From Paramoeba atlantica (lineage: Eukaryota > Protista > Discosea), in NCBI GenBank assembly GCA_977017575.1, contig CDRNVI010000008.1, positions 186,001-250,000 on the forward strand: a DNA stretch of 64,000 nt, given 5' to 3'. Positions 20,182 through 32,013 of this stretch are shown piece after piece. The notes under the pieces were generated by a model. It saw nothing but the letters and a program-made list of their open reading frames with translations. It was not told the origin of the DNA and searched no databases. How positions within the stretch are numbered: position 1 is the first letter of the stretch; every line of letters begins with the position of its first letter. The position numbers and the translations under genes were made by a program.

Positions 20182-22125
20182 ATGCACGACGCAGAATCTA
20201 GTGAAGCGACTCCGTTCATGGAGTTCCAGTTGCAAAAAATTCACGCGATACATCTAAGAAGTATTGAAAATTATAGTCAAATGAAAAATTCTCTAGTTGA
20301 GGAATTAGAGCTTTATCGCACCTTGATTCCAGACTACAAAATATTAGCGCACAACAAGCGGGATCGCAACGCACAGGAAAATCACTCTCATCGCGGTCAC
20401 ATACTCAAAAAGAAAGAAATTATTGCTCTGGATAAAATGCAAGAATCTCTATTGGACTGTTACCAAAATTACCTTACCATGCTTATCTCTTTTACCCAGA
20501 AAAAGCATCCCGAAAGTCAAAGCTTGGGTAGTCGCTGCATTGCGGAGTTGGTAAATTTTGCCAAAAACTTCAATTTCAACCAAAAACTTCTTTGGGCGGC
20601 GGTGCAAAACGCCAACTCCAAGCATCCTTCGGTCTCCAAACCCTGCTTGCTGGCCCTACAAGAGGTACTCGCCTGTGAGGGCTCCGATGAGGCCTGTGTA
20701 ATCGTGGTCGATCTGCTACTCGATTTAGTCCGTGCACGAAAGCACGCGCTGAATCCTCGACTTCTCTACGTCCTGCTTTACATTCGGGTGCGTGTCATCG
20801 ACATTCACCGTACATGGGATCAGGACAGTGCTCATCGTGCCCATTCCAATGCCAAGAAGTCGAAAAAAGATGCTGATAAACTTTCCCACCGTCTACAGAC
20901 CCTAGAGGGGACCAAATCTCGAGCCTCGATCGCGGCACGACAAACCCGGCTGTTTCACAAAGTGATGACCATCTACCTACGCGTACTGGAGGCCTCTCAG
21001 CGGTGTTCCGAGTTTCACCAATCCCTTCTCCTCGCCCCTACGCTGGAGGGATTGGTCAAATACGCCCACCTTATGAATGTGGAACTCTACGACACCCTAT
21101 TGAGTGCCATCCGTGATCTTCTCCAGGATAATCAACACACCTCGTTAAGTGTGGCCCTGCACGCGTTAGTCACCGTAACCTCCCTGGCGGAGCAACAAGC
21201 GAAACAGCTCCCGAAAACTTCGATTTCCTCATCTAACCCCTCTGAAAAGAATCCGATCAGCCCAACCCCGGCTATTGGAGATTTACAACAATTCCACGAT
21301 ATCCTCTACGCTCTGTTCGATGAGGTCTGGACTTCACCTCCTCGTGCAGAGAAGCGTGAGGAGCCGAATGTGTTGTTATCCTCCGCCGAGGAAGGGGAGG
21401 ATGAAAAAACAACAGCGGCAGAGGGGGAGGATGAGGAGGTACGCTCGCTGTGCTCCTCCCAGGGAGGAGAGAGCAGCTGCACAACTACCTCCAATGGCGC
21501 CTCCTCCCCCTCCGATGGGGGGACGCTGTCGATTGCAAAAAGCATGGCGGAACGTAAGCACGTGCGGCACTCGGTGGCCCAGGAATGGAGTTACCGCACC
21601 AAACTGCTGCTGTCGGCGTGTGAGAAATTGTTGGTGCAAACCAAACGGCTTCCGGTGGTTCGTATTGCCGCTTTCGTGTCTCGTGCGGCACGGTACTTGC
21701 CCCATCTTCCGTGCCATTTAGCTCTCGGAGCGCTGCAGTTGATACAGAGTTTGTTGCGTGTCTACCCAACACTGTGGGGCATGTTACAAGGAGGGATGGA
21801 ACATACCAGTGGGGTTGCGAAGGTGAGTAAGACACACCCGCATATTGTGGGCTTGGAGTGCGCGAGTCCGGATTATGATGTCGGTGCACAGCGTCAGATG
21901 TTGTGGGAGTTGAGTTTGTTACGGCGCAGTTACCATCCAGGATTGCGTCAGACGGTCCAAGAGACGTTGAAATCGTATCGTCAACTGGCGAAAAATCGAG
22001 ATCGCACGCAGGTAAATCAGAAGAGTGTGGTTCTTTCTCAGGATGTTGTAAGTCAGTATGATACCTCGAAAGGAGGCTTTTATCCGCAGCCTCAGATTCC
22101 GAAAAAACTCAAGTCAAGCGTTTGA
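20182..22125 (+). CDS. NOC3: Nucleolar complex protein 3 (CBF/Mak21 family)
   Basis: LYRTLIPDYKI, LLDCYQNYL, CIAELVNFAKNFNF and LWELSLLRRSYHP. A pyrimidine tract and AG lie just before the ATG. Confidence 0.85.
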   Translation: MHDAESSEATPFMEFQLQKIHAIHLRSIENYSQMKNSLVEELELYRTLIPDYKILAHNKRDRNAQENHSHRGHILKKKEIIALDKMQESLLDCYQNYLTMLISFTQKKHPESQSLGSRCIAELVNFAKNFNFNQKLLWAAVQNANSKHPSVSKPCLLALQEVLACEGSDEACVIVVDLLLDLVRARKHALNPRLLYVLLYIRVRVIDIHRTWDQDSAHRAHSNAKKSKKDADKLSHRLQTLEGTKSRASIAARQTRLFHKVMTIYLRVLEASQRCSEFHQSLLLAPTLEGLVKYAHLMNVELYDTLLSAIRDLLQDNQHTSLSVALHALVTVTSLAEQQAKQLPKTSISSSNPSEKNPISPTPAIGDLQQFHDILYALFDEVWTSPPRAEKREEPNVLLSSAEEGEDEKTTAAEGEDEEVRSLCSSQGGESSCTTTSNGASSPSDGGTLSIAKSMAERKHVRHSVAQEWSYRTKLLLSACEKLLVQTKRLPVVRIAAFVSRAARYLPHLPCHLALGALQLIQSLLRVYPTLWGMLQGGMEHTSGVAKVSKTHPHIVGLECASPDYDVGAQRQMLWELSLLRRSYHPGLRQTVQETLKSYRQLAKNRDRTQVNQKSVVLSQDVVSQYDTSKGGFYPQPQIPKKLKSSV

Positions 22126-22363
22126 TATCGGATGGTTTCTTGAATTTTACGTTTGGTCTTATTTTTTCATAATATCAAGGTTCCACATTGTACACATGTA
22201 CCTTATGAGCGACATTTCCGTGCATTTTTTCAATTTTTCATGATTTTTATTTGGATTTATGGAAACTACAGAACTAATGCTATGAATTGAATTGGGATGA
22301 CTTTTCTACGAAAGGCGCTTTGGTTTTCTTTTCAGTTTACGCTAGAAATGGTACAGTAATGGT

Positions 22364-25300
22364 ATGTCATCCATGACTACACTACCAGGACAAAGTGAAT
22401 CGTTTGAAGAAACGTATTCCAGCGAGGAAGATTGGGAAATATGTTCAATTAGAGACCAAGGCAACTATTCACCCGTAGAAAGTGTCTTGAATGTACCCGC
22501 AAGCCCATCTTTTTCTAACAAAGATTCAAAGGCGTTTACTGGCACATCTAAATCAGATTCACTACGAAAACAAAAGCTGAAACAGTTTGAATTAGCCTTT
22601 CGGCGCAAAAACCTGCGACTATTATTGCGTTTTGGTGCTTTGCAGCTCATGCATCTTTATTCTCTTTGTTGTGCCAGCTGTGATATCAGTACTGATACTG
22701 TTGAAGTTACATGTGTGGATAGCCAAAGTGTTAAAAGGTCCCTACCATTGGGTGAACAAGGGACTCCTTCAACAAAAAAGAGGATTTTACGGAGACAGAA
22801 TAGTAAAAAGACTTCGAAAAAGTCACATATTCCGAGTTCTTTTCACAATGTTCCTCCGTACTTGCTCACATGGTTTAACTCTGAAAAGGAAAAAGAAGCA
22901 TCAAAACTTCCAAAGCAAAAGCAATGGATTCTTGCCTCTGATATTCTTAAAACTGAATTTCAGTCGAGTGAGAAACGAGGGCTTTCCTCATCTGAATATC
23001 CCACTTTTGAGCTTGTCCGAAGGCTGTTATTGGGCATGTATAACCTTAATGGTAGACACACTGAGAATTTCTCGGCCTCAAAATCTTTATCTCATGAATT
23101 CACTGGAGTATTCTCCATCAGCTCTGATTTTACAGCTGCCTTGAGCTTTACTACATTGTGCTTGAAACATGGTCTTCCGGTTCGCCTTCTGGGATCCTTT
23201 GACACTTATGGCAAAGAGGTCACTCTTCCTTTGGATCCGCCGACCACCGATTCCTTATCCAAAGAGTCAGCAGATTCATCAATAGCTCTTTGGTGTGAAA
23301 TTTACGTTGTTGAATGCAATCAATGGATTTCAATATTGCCTGGTATCGGTATCGCGTCAACGAAGCTGACAGAACTGTATACTTGTGGCAAACGAGCATT
23401 TCAAGCTGATTTTGACGAATTACATCTGAAATCAATTCACCATGGATGGAATATGCCATACAGCTTAGCTGTTGGGTTACAACTAAACAACTTTCGTGTG
23501 CACTCTTCGAAAGTTTCAAACTCATGTTTGCAAGTACGGTCAAAAGAAAGTCTCACTTCTCCAGTTCGGTCACATTTTTACCTTCTTGACGTGACTCCAC
23601 GTTACGTTTCCCTTTGGAGCGAAGTCTTGGCTTCTCAACGCAAAGATGACATCAAGGTTCCAAAAGTGTCCAACTGGCTGAACCAGGCTGTAGAGGCTAA
23701 ATTGAATCGAAAGCAAGCCCAAACACCTACTTCAGTTGAGGAATCATCTGAAATTGTCAGTCGTCATTTTAGTACCACCTCCTCACACTTATCTTCGGGT
23801 CATCCGTCGCTTGCGTCTGCTCGTTTGAAATCGCTTTCCTCTTCGGCCTTGGGGTCATCTCCTTCCAACTCCACACTCGCTAACAAAAAGGGTTACATGT
23901 GGGGCATTGTATCCTCATCCTCCTCTTCCTGTTCCGGGGATTACAGCTCCGATGATACAACCTCCCCTTTACCATCTTCACTCCTGCTTCCCGACTCTTT
24001 TCCACCACCCCACCACGAACCACAACCACCCCCCTCTTCTTCCTCAACCCCCCTCCTCTCCTCACCCTCCACCCCTCACCTCCCCCAACCCCTCTCCCCC
24101 TCCCTCCCCTGGTTTACCTCCATGACCGCTCACCTCACCCAATCCTCTTCTCACCTCGCTCTCTTCTTCTCCCACACCTTCTACACACTCTTCTGGACCA
24201 CCCACTCATCTTCTTCCCCAAAACCTCAACCCTTCTCCGAAACCTCAACGAAAGTTTCTTCAACAGCTTCTTCAATGGTTTCTTCAACCGCTTCTTCAAC
24301 GGTTTCTTCAACAGCTTCCTCAATGGTGTCTTCAACCGCTTCCTCAATGGTGTCTTCAACCGCTTCCTCAATGGTGTCTTCAACAGCTTCCTCAATAGTG
24401 TCTTCAACGGCTTCCTCAATGGTGTCTTCAACAGCTTCTCCCTTGGTTTCTTCAACAGCTCCCTCAACCGCTCCTTCCATAACTTCCCCAACCGCCTCCT
24501 CCACCGCTTCTCCCAAACCCCACAACAGCGCGCTCTCGTCCTGCTCCTGTTACTCTTCTTTTTCTTTTTCTTTTTCTTCTTCTTTTTCTTCTTTATCTTC
24601 CCCCCCCTCCCCTCCCCATGACTACCTCGGGGCGCCCCGGGAACACGCCCAGCTCACCGCCCTGCAGCACGTCACCGCCCCCGTCCCCTCCACCCTCCGC
24701 CCCCTTCGTCGTCACCCGCTCTACACCACAGAGGCGTCCCTCCGGGGCGACCAGGCGCTCCACCCCGCCGTGGTCTGCCCCCACTGCGGGCACCCCAGCC
24801 CCGTGGTGGCGGGCTACGTCCGGGGGGTCCCGGTGGTCCACCGCTGGGGGGTGCACCGCGTGCGGACCCGGCTGCAGTGGATACGGCACGCCCGGGGGGT
24901 GCCGCGGGCGGGGGAGGTGCCGGTGAGGCTGCGGGGGGGGAGGGGGAGAAGGGGGTTGGGTGAGGGGTTGGGGGGGGGAGAAAACAACCCCGCGGGGGGG
25001 TTGTATGGGAGATGGCAGGTGGAGAGGTTTCGTCCAATGGAGTGGGTGGGGGGTCCGGAGGCGCCGTTACCGCGGAATGGGTATGGGAATTATGAAATGG
25101 TTCATCATAGGGTTCCGGGGAGGGGGCTTTATTATGTCTCGGATAAGAATGCGCGTGAGGTGATTGAGGCGGAGCGTTTATCCCGTAGGAAGGAGCGGAA
25201 AGGGGGGAGTAAAAAGGGGGATGAAAAAGGCGATAGTTTGGAGATTCCGGAATATGTTCCTGTTCTGGTGGGTTTTGACCGTATTGAGCTTCACCGCTGG

Positions 25301-25507
25301 TTGCCACGTCTTCAAGGTGTGATTGTGAAGGAAGCGGAATATGAGTCAAAGTACAAGCCGTTACAAGATAAATGGGGGGCAATTTGGGATAGGGAAGAAA
25401 AGCAACGTGCAAAGGATAAGGCGATGGCCTTTTGGTTTTTCTACATTCGTCGTGTAGTTGCACACCATAGGCTACGAGACACTTATCAAGGCTGGTCGTC
25501 TGTCTGA
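22364..25507 (+). CDS. XPC: XPC/Rad4 nucleotide-excision-repair damage sensor with a large low-complexity insert
   Basis: Transglutaminase-like WCEIYV-x5-WISI; BHD motifs RRHPLY, LYGRWQ, PRNGYGN and VPVLVGFD...PRLQGVIV. Confidence 0.88.
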   Translation: MSSMTTLPGQSESFEETYSSEEDWEICSIRDQGNYSPVESVLNVPASPSFSNKDSKAFTGTSKSDSLRKQKLKQFELAFRRKNLRLLLRFGALQLMHLYSLCCASCDISTDTVEVTCVDSQSVKRSLPLGEQGTPSTKKRILRRQNSKKTSKKSHIPSSFHNVPPYLLTWFNSEKEKEASKLPKQKQWILASDILKTEFQSSEKRGLSSSEYPTFELVRRLLLGMYNLNGRHTENFSASKSLSHEFTGVFSISSDFTAALSFTTLCLKHGLPVRLLGSFDTYGKEVTLPLDPPTTDSLSKESADSSIALWCEIYVVECNQWISILPGIGIASTKLTELYTCGKRAFQADFDELHLKSIHHGWNMPYSLAVGLQLNNFRVHSSKVSNSCLQVRSKESLTSPVRSHFYLLDVTPRYVSLWSEVLASQRKDDIKVPKVSNWLNQAVEAKLNRKQAQTPTSVEESSEIVSRHFSTTSSHLSSGHPSLASARLKSLSSSALGSSPSNSTLANKKGYMWGIVSSSSSSCSGDYSSDDTTSPLPSSLLLPDSFPPPHHEPQPPPSSSSTPLLSSPSTPHLPQPLSPSLPWFTSMTAHLTQSSSHLALFFSHTFYTLFWTTHSSSSPKPQPFSETSTKVSSTASSMVSSTASSTVSSTASSMVSSTASSMVSSTASSMVSSTASSIVSSTASSMVSSTASPLVSSTAPSTAPSITSPTASSTASPKPHNSALSSCSCYSSFSFSFSSSFSSLSSPPSPPHDYLGAPREHAQLTALQHVTAPVPSTLRPLRRHPLYTTEASLRGDQALHPAVVCPHCGHPSPVVAGYVRGVPVVHRWGVHRVRTRLQWIRHARGVPRAGEVPVRLRGGRGRRGLGEGLGGGENNPAGGLYGRWQVERFRPMEWVGGPEAPLPRNGYGNYEMVHHRVPGRGLYYVSDKNAREVIEAERLSRRKERKGGSKKGDEKGDSLEIPEYVPVLVGFDRIELHRWLPRLQGVIVKEAEYESKYKPLQDKWGAIWDREEKQRAKDKAMAFWFFYIRRVVAHHRLRDTYQGWSSV
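24250..24475 (+). repeat. In-frame 24-bp tandem repeat encoding (SSTASSMV)n inside XPC
   Basis: About 8-9 copies of tcttcaac(a/c)gcttc(c/t)tcaatggt(g/t). Confidence 0.9.
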
Positions 25508-25834
25508 AGTCTTGGTCAGTTTAAAGCTCGCAAAACAACATTTCACTTCGAACACTTGATGCATTGTAGGGTTTATGGTGAAAGTCACTATTCTGAGAAT
25601 TGGGTGTTGAACGTTGACAGAAAAATAATTTTTTGTGGTCTCTATTTTCAGTATTGGGTGTTGAACGTTGACAGAGCCTCTGTTGATGGGTCGATCATGA
25701 ATTCTCATTTTTGAGCGAAAATGCAAATTCTATTTCGAGAGGATTAGAACGTAAACTTTTGGGGAAGCTATTACGGTTCAAACTTAAATTCTACCATCAC
25801 TCTTCAAGAACATGATGCACTAAATATTGAAGAA

Positions 25835-26019
25835 AAAGGCGATGGAGATACCAATAGCACAGGTTCTGCAGTTTCCCACAGGGAAAACGATACATCCCTT
25901 ATGGCATGAGAGCATACACGCGCATACAAAGGTGAAGATGCCGTTTTTCATGTGGAAAACTGCCACATACATGTATTATTACTATTTGCATCTCCCTCGT
26001 CCACTTTGATATGGGTTAA
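25835..26019. repeat. Degenerate copy (C4) of the foldback cassette family
   Basis: GGAGATAC...GATACATCCC...GATGCC...GCATCTCCCTCGTCCACTTT...GGGTTA; the variable segment resembles the 41005 copy. Confidence 0.65.
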
Positions 26020-26171
26020 GCGTTCTCTCTGTGTTGTTTCGGAACGTTTCTTTTCTTTGTGATGAAGATTGTCATTTCTCAGCTCACTTCGAACGTCCAT
26101 GATACAATGAATCCTTCTATTGACTGATTAATTTGTTCACAAACCCCTTCACGCTTATAATCAATCACTTA

Positions 26172-26383
26172 CTGTGATTCCCCCTTTAATATACACCCTC
26201 TTCCCCCCTTAATCCCCCCTTAATATGCACGAATTTCATCTAAATTTAATTAAGGAAAGGAACGCGACGCGAAGCGGTGCGTTTTTTTGGGGAGGGTCTC
26301 CACTTCTCTTACGCACCCTCCCCCCCTTTATCTTGTAGAAACCCGAAAAACGTGTGCATATTCGGGGGGGGGGGGGGGCACAG
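26172..26383. mobile_element. Small TA-flanked MITE (CTGTG..CCCCC / GGGGG.CACAG)
   Basis: TA at 26170-71 and 26384-85. It lies between two ~60-bp direct repeats (~26056 and ~26403). Confidence 0.55.
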
Positions 26384-27177
26384 TACATTGATGAATCATA
26401 CACTTTGTGATGAAGATTATCATTTCTCAGCTCACTTCGAACGTCCATGATACAATGAATCCTTTTATAGTCTGATCGGTTTCAAGTCTTTTGGATTTTT
26501 TACAAATCTCCTCACGCTTATAACGCGGCCCTTTGGATAGCTTTTTTCATGTTGGACATCCCCAGTGATCAGGGGTTTATAACATTTTTTAAATTATAAC
26601 TGATAATTTGAATATACAGTCCAGGTACTGGTTTCCCCCCCCTCCCAGGCTCCAGAACACACCGTAAGAGCTTTTGACCCAATTCCTTCGGCATTCAACA
26701 GATCTCGAAAAACTAGAGCGTTTCCCACCGTTTGTTTGCCTATCAGCCCTCCTGGGTCAAAAATATTTAGGAAAAACACGAAAAAATAGCATAATTTTAC
26801 TAAAAAAAAATCCCAATATTTCAAAACTTTGGGAGTTTTTCATTCAAATATGGTTTCTCATTCTATGAATTTGAGGGATACTCCCATCAAATCTACTAAA
26901 GACCAGTACTAAAGGCCAGTACAACTCGCCGAAAAGCAAGATACCCCCTATTACCCATAAAACGTCACGAAATGCACTCCCAGAGCGCCTTGACCGAATT
27001 GTAAAAGAAATTTTGAAACCAGGGACTGAAAAACATCTCCGGAAGGCGATAAAGAAAGCCATTTGTGATGCTTAAGCGTCGTCCTTATCGACGCCAATTC
27101 TTAATTTGTATAAATTCAGTTGCTAAAGGCTTGCGAATTGTGCGGAGCGTTCAAGGAGACCAATGTAGGTATTAAAT

Positions 27178-28178
27178 CTGTCCCCCCCCTACTTATGCGC
27201 AACCGTTTGACCCGGCCACTTAAGCGCAAATTTGACGCATCGTTCAGAAGAACAGCGCCGCAAAGCGGCGCAATTTTCTTTTTGGTGGTACGAATTTTTG
27301 TACAGATTTTCGCTGCTCTTGAAATGGAGAGTCCCTTTGGGCGTTCAAAAATGATCTCCAGCGATCTCCTCTGATCCACACTGATCTCCACCGGTCTGTA
27401 CGGCGAGTCTTTGCATACTATACTGTACTGTACATCAGAGGAACTCTCCTTCCACGTACTGTACGCTTTTGAAATGATCAGTGCACCAGCGTGCGGCACC
27501 GCCTAGATGTGGGGCGGGTAAAGATAACGTGGGTAATTGCACTACAAGTGCATGATAAACTTTCGGACCCACGCTCTTAAAAGTCCGTTCTTTTCCTACA
27601 ATTGATCGGGTGCTCGCAAAAAAGGCACTTACCTCGTGATGTGGTCATTCGCGGGCATAAGTAACCATACAAGCGAAGTACTGTACCTCCTCCCTAGTTA
27701 TCTCTCACACGTCACCCCCTGTCCGACTGATCTTCCAATGAATCGGTAAACCCTTCGAACCTCGAAAAAATACCCACAGCGTTCGCAACCGGTCGCGATC
27801 TGTCGTTACCGATCGCGATTGGTTGCCACCGTTCGACAGCGAGCTACAGGTACCGTCTGCACCCCTCCACTGATGGTACTAACGCCGACCAACTACCATT
27901 TTCATTAATTGTTTTTTATAGATATAAAAATGGGCGAAGTATAAAGGGGGGGTCACAGTAATTATAACTCATTTTTTTTATAAAATATAATTTATAGAAA
28001 ATGGAGAGGGAGTGTATAAAAAGCAGCCCCCCGGGTCACCCCGCGTACATAACTCATGATTGAAACACGCGCCGCGAAGCTTTCTTAAAAAAAAAATTCA
28101 CTCCTTTTTTTGACCCGGCTACTTATGCGCAATTTTAGGCCAAAACCTGGTTGCGCTTAAGTGGGGGGGGGGGGACAG
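27178..28178. mobile_element. ~1-kb non-autonomous TIR element
   Basis: CTGTC(C)nTACTTATGCGCAACC versus GGTTGCGCTTAAGT(G)nACAG; internal repeats of the ACTTA(A/T)GCGCAA motif; no clear TSD. Confidence 0.55.
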
Positions 28179-28465
28179 CATGTAATCTCGAGTGCAAGAT
28201 TATATTCAAATCGTTTTTTGTTACGACATTATACAATTAATATTCAAATTACGACATTATACTCAAATGCGATTTGAATATAATGTCGCCCCCCGGGTTA
28301 CATACATGCACATGTACCTTTAGGGGATGCGAAAAATATGATTCATACATCGCAATCCAATGCACGCTTATTACTGAATTACTTCAGAGTGATGTAATTG
28401 TACTGACTCAGTATATCCCACTCCGTCTTAAACACAAAAAAAGCGTTTGCGTAGACTTCTCTTTT

Positions 28466-31400
28466 ATGAATGAAAAGCGTCGTTTTTCAATTCTTTTTGT
28501 CAACAAGCCTTCTTATCAGCCAAAAGTAGCAGCAGTACGTAAAGCATCCAACAAATCTAATTTATTAGGCTTCAGTTTGACTTATCATGATGTAGTTTCC
28601 CTTTTTGACGTCGACGGAAAAGACGGTTATCTTGATGTTTACCTCAACCTTTGTCACAGGAAATATCCCGCAGCATCTTCCTGTCATCAAAACACGGATG
28701 TTAGCTGTTCGGCTTGTCTTGCTGCCAGTATTCTTCCTGATCAATTTCTTCGTGCTGAGCTGCAGGAGTCGTTTAACTTAAAAGACAGAAAGTCATTACT
28801 CGTAACAAAAAAACGCAGATCTGCTTCTAGGCATTCAACAGAGCATGCTCAACGCCACAAAGGCATACTTGCCACATGGAAAACTGGACAAATCGTCATG
28901 TCAACAATCGATTATGTTTCTTCGAATTCAGATTTCTCAGAAAATGTCGCGGTCACAAGTTCTGCTAACGAATCAAGGAATATGCAGGCATCGCAACTGA
29001 CACTTTTCTCTTTATCCTCATTTTATCTTATCTGCTCATGTGTTTCATGCTTTGGTAAATTATCTCATCTGACATCGGAACGACAATCAAAGATAGTTTC
29101 AAAGCCTGCGGTCAGATCAGGGCTGCTACCCCAGCAATCACTTAGCATTCGTGAATCTTTGAAATCATCGCCTTTGTCAAATGTCTCTCTTTCTCGCAAA
29201 GTTGAAATGTCGAATATTTCTTGTCGGGTGATGCTTTCTCTTCAACAAACGGGTCCTGTTTGGAAGACGGCCAAGTTTCATCAAATCGATGCTGTAAATT
29301 TCTGTCTTCGATGTGCATGTACGGACTCACTACGACACGATCTTACAGACGTTTATCTTTCCCATAAACTTTTTATGCATCCTGATGCTCCTAAAGACAA
29401 TTTTCTTTTGATTCATGCTTCAACCTCAAGGAGTGATGCCGAAGTCCGCTCTGATTCAGAGCGAGGCCATAAAGATGACTTGACCAAGAGCCGAAGTTTG
29501 TCGAAGCAAATTGCTGAGGATCTTTTACGTGTTTTCGATTATTCGATATCAGAATCTGCATTTCGTTCAGAGATAAAAAGCAGCGAAGGTACTACAACCG
29601 GAGTACCGAACTTACAAGCCACCACGGAGCATGGATCGAAATTTGCTAAAATTCCTTTCATTTCCTTGCATACTGCTGCACATCATGAACATTGTTGTAG
29701 CCGTGATGCAGTAGAGGTATCCGTGGGCAAGCGATGCACTTCACCTCGTGGTTGCATTTTGGCCGATGAAATGGGATTGGGAAAGACGTTATCTTGTCTT
29801 CTTTTTCTTCATCACACGATTCCCTCTATTTTTTCTAAGGCAATCATTCTGTCTCCACTGTCTGTTCAGGATAATTGGATGCATCAACTTACCTGCTGGT
29901 TTGGAAGTTCCACTTCACTACGAATTCTACGGTATCATGCCTCATCAGAAACGGATTCTGATTTTTCATCCTTTTTTATTGGCTCAAAATTTAACATATT
30001 GTTGATAACGTATGACACCGCTCGATCCAAGCTGTCGAAACTAGCTATCACCAATTGCGATGTATTGGTGTGTGACGAGGCGCATCGATTGAAGAATATG
30101 GGAACACGCACACGTCATGTAATTCAGACCATTCCCTGTCGCTTTCGACTTGCAATCACGGGCACCCCCATGCCAAACCACTCGCGGGAGATCATCTCTT
30201 TGATGTCTTTCATCACAGAATATACACTGGTCGAAAACCTGGAACGACTTTCCGAGGATCATATTCGCATGCTACTGAAAAGTTTAATGCTACGAAGGAC
30301 GATGAAATCTGTTTCTAAAGCTGAAGAAATGTTAGCCAAAAATAATATTATTGAAGCTCCGCTCTTAAGTGATGGCTGTGAGAATTCGCACAATGCTAGT
30401 CGTCGTGGTGGAACAAGTGTGCCAAACGGCTCAACTAAAGATTCTCCAACCTCTTCATCCGGTCTTCCTTGCTGTACTATTCATTTTGTTTCTTGTCGAA
30501 ATCCGGTTCAAAGTAAAATTTCTCATATCTCAAAAGAAAAGTTGGAAGACAATTCCGGTGACTTTGAAATATCTTCATGGGTGACGACACTCGCAATGGA
30601 TGCTGGCTCTTACGACAACGAACCTTCGTGTGTTGACCCTCTACCGAAAATTCCCGCAGCCAAGTTAAACGCAAAAGACAGGAATACCTCTCGTCTAAGT
30701 CCAATCGAAGTCTCTGCACAGCAATCTCTTTTTGATAAAGATTCATTGAACATAAAATCAGTACACTCTTGTCGACACGACTGCTCTACGAAATTAAACT
30801 TCCTCTCATGCTTCCTTACGTGTTGGATAAACGCTGATGAATTTGCGGAGGAGCAGTTGATCATCGCTTCCTACTCGACCACAGTACTCGATTATGTCGC
30901 ATCTTTCTGTACCTCTAACGGTTATTTATTTTACCGACTTGACGGACAATCCTCACCAACCGTTCGCCAAACTGTACAAAGGCATTTTGGTCCTTTTTCA
31001 AAGCCACAGAAGAATTCGTCTCTCCATCGTAGTGAACAAAATTCTTCCAAGTCATCTTTCATGCAAACAGAACAGCGAAATTGTGTTCGAATTTTGCTCC
31101 TAAGTTGTCTTGCAGGTTCAGAAGGTATCAATTTACAACGGGCTAATCGGCTTGTTTTGATGGATGCCTACTGGAACAGTGCCGCAGAAAAGCAATGCAT
31201 TTCTCGAGTTTGGAGAACGGGGCAAAAGAGAAACGTTTATGTCTATCGTCTTTTTCTGAACAACAGTGTGGAGGAGAATCTCTTGAAAATGCAGAATGAC
31301 AAAGACCAATTGTGGAACAACTTAGTGAGGAATTCGTCACTAAATGTTCAAAATCCTAATTTCTCAATGGCAGATATTGAGTCTAGCGATGCCCTTTTGG

Positions 31401-31546
31401 TTTCAATTGTCCAAGCTTCCTTTCCTTCGAAGCTAGAGAATTCTGGCATGCAGGCATACTCAACTTTTCAAAACAAAAGCATTAATTTGACAATTTCGAT
31501 CTTTGCTTCTCAAATTACTTCTTATAAAACATTCGAATCATTGTGA
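28466..31546 (+). CDS. SNF2-family helicase/ATPase (RAD54-like)
   Basis: GCILADEMGLGKT, VCDEAHRLKN, LAITGTPMPN, GSEGINLQRANRLVLMD, SRVWRTGQKRNVYVYRL. The start is uncertain because the extension to 28274 overlaps repeat DNA. Confidence 0.9.
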   Translation: MNEKRRFSILFVNKPSYQPKVAAVRKASNKSNLLGFSLTYHDVVSLFDVDGKDGYLDVYLNLCHRKYPAASSCHQNTDVSCSACLAASILPDQFLRAELQESFNLKDRKSLLVTKKRRSASRHSTEHAQRHKGILATWKTGQIVMSTIDYVSSNSDFSENVAVTSSANESRNMQASQLTLFSLSSFYLICSCVSCFGKLSHLTSERQSKIVSKPAVRSGLLPQQSLSIRESLKSSPLSNVSLSRKVEMSNISCRVMLSLQQTGPVWKTAKFHQIDAVNFCLRCACTDSLRHDLTDVYLSHKLFMHPDAPKDNFLLIHASTSRSDAEVRSDSERGHKDDLTKSRSLSKQIAEDLLRVFDYSISESAFRSEIKSSEGTTTGVPNLQATTEHGSKFAKIPFISLHTAAHHEHCCSRDAVEVSVGKRCTSPRGCILADEMGLGKTLSCLLFLHHTIPSIFSKAIILSPLSVQDNWMHQLTCWFGSSTSLRILRYHASSETDSDFSSFFIGSKFNILLITYDTARSKLSKLAITNCDVLVCDEAHRLKNMGTRTRHVIQTIPCRFRLAITGTPMPNHSREIISLMSFITEYTLVENLERLSEDHIRMLLKSLMLRRTMKSVSKAEEMLAKNNIIEAPLLSDGCENSHNASRRGGTSVPNGSTKDSPTSSSGLPCCTIHFVSCRNPVQSKISHISKEKLEDNSGDFEISSWVTTLAMDAGSYDNEPSCVDPLPKIPAAKLNAKDRNTSRLSPIEVSAQQSLFDKDSLNIKSVHSCRHDCSTKLNFLSCFLTCWINADEFAEEQLIIASYSTTVLDYVASFCTSNGYLFYRLDGQSSPTVRQTVQRHFGPFSKPQKNSSLHRSEQNSSKSSFMQTEQRNCVRILLLSCLAGSEGINLQRANRLVLMDAYWNSAAEKQCISRVWRTGQKRNVYVYRLFLNNSVEENLLKMQNDKDQLWNNLVRNSSLNVQNPNFSMADIESSDALLVSIVQASFPSKLENSGMQAYSTFQNKSINLTISIFASQITSYKTFESL

Positions 31547-32013
31547 TCAGTATTTCTGTATTGTAAGTTCGTCTTTAAATGCTATCTTTTCGTCTTTATG
31601 CAGTTAAGGATGGCTTGTCAGTCAAGGTTTTTATGCTTTTAACCTTGCGAATCTTTGTTTTCTTTCGTTCCGTCATTTTCACTGTGTACTACGCTGTACT
31701 TGCCTGTTCATAGTTCATTTCCTTGTTCTTTTTCTACCTTCTATAGTTGCTTGTACTTCTATAGTTGACTGTACTTGCCTGTTCATAATTCATTTCTTTT
31801 TTCTTTTTATTCCTATAGTTGATTGTTTTTATTTTATTAATGCGATAAAATGACTTCACCCTAATACAGGTTCTTCGCTCTATTACATTTCTGCTTCCCT
31901 CAGCAACTTCATACAAGTTTATATGCTCTATGGCTATTGAAGTCTATAAAAAGATTTTTTAGAATATTTATTCGTTTCTTTGTTTTTCATCCTTGCCTCA
32001 TGTATTTATTTTG

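Noticed and set aside
24226-25463. Minus-strand ORFs (EEAVEDTI repeat; 263-aa Pro-rich ORF)
   Set aside because: Antisense shadows of the XPC repeat and the skewed GC-rich region.
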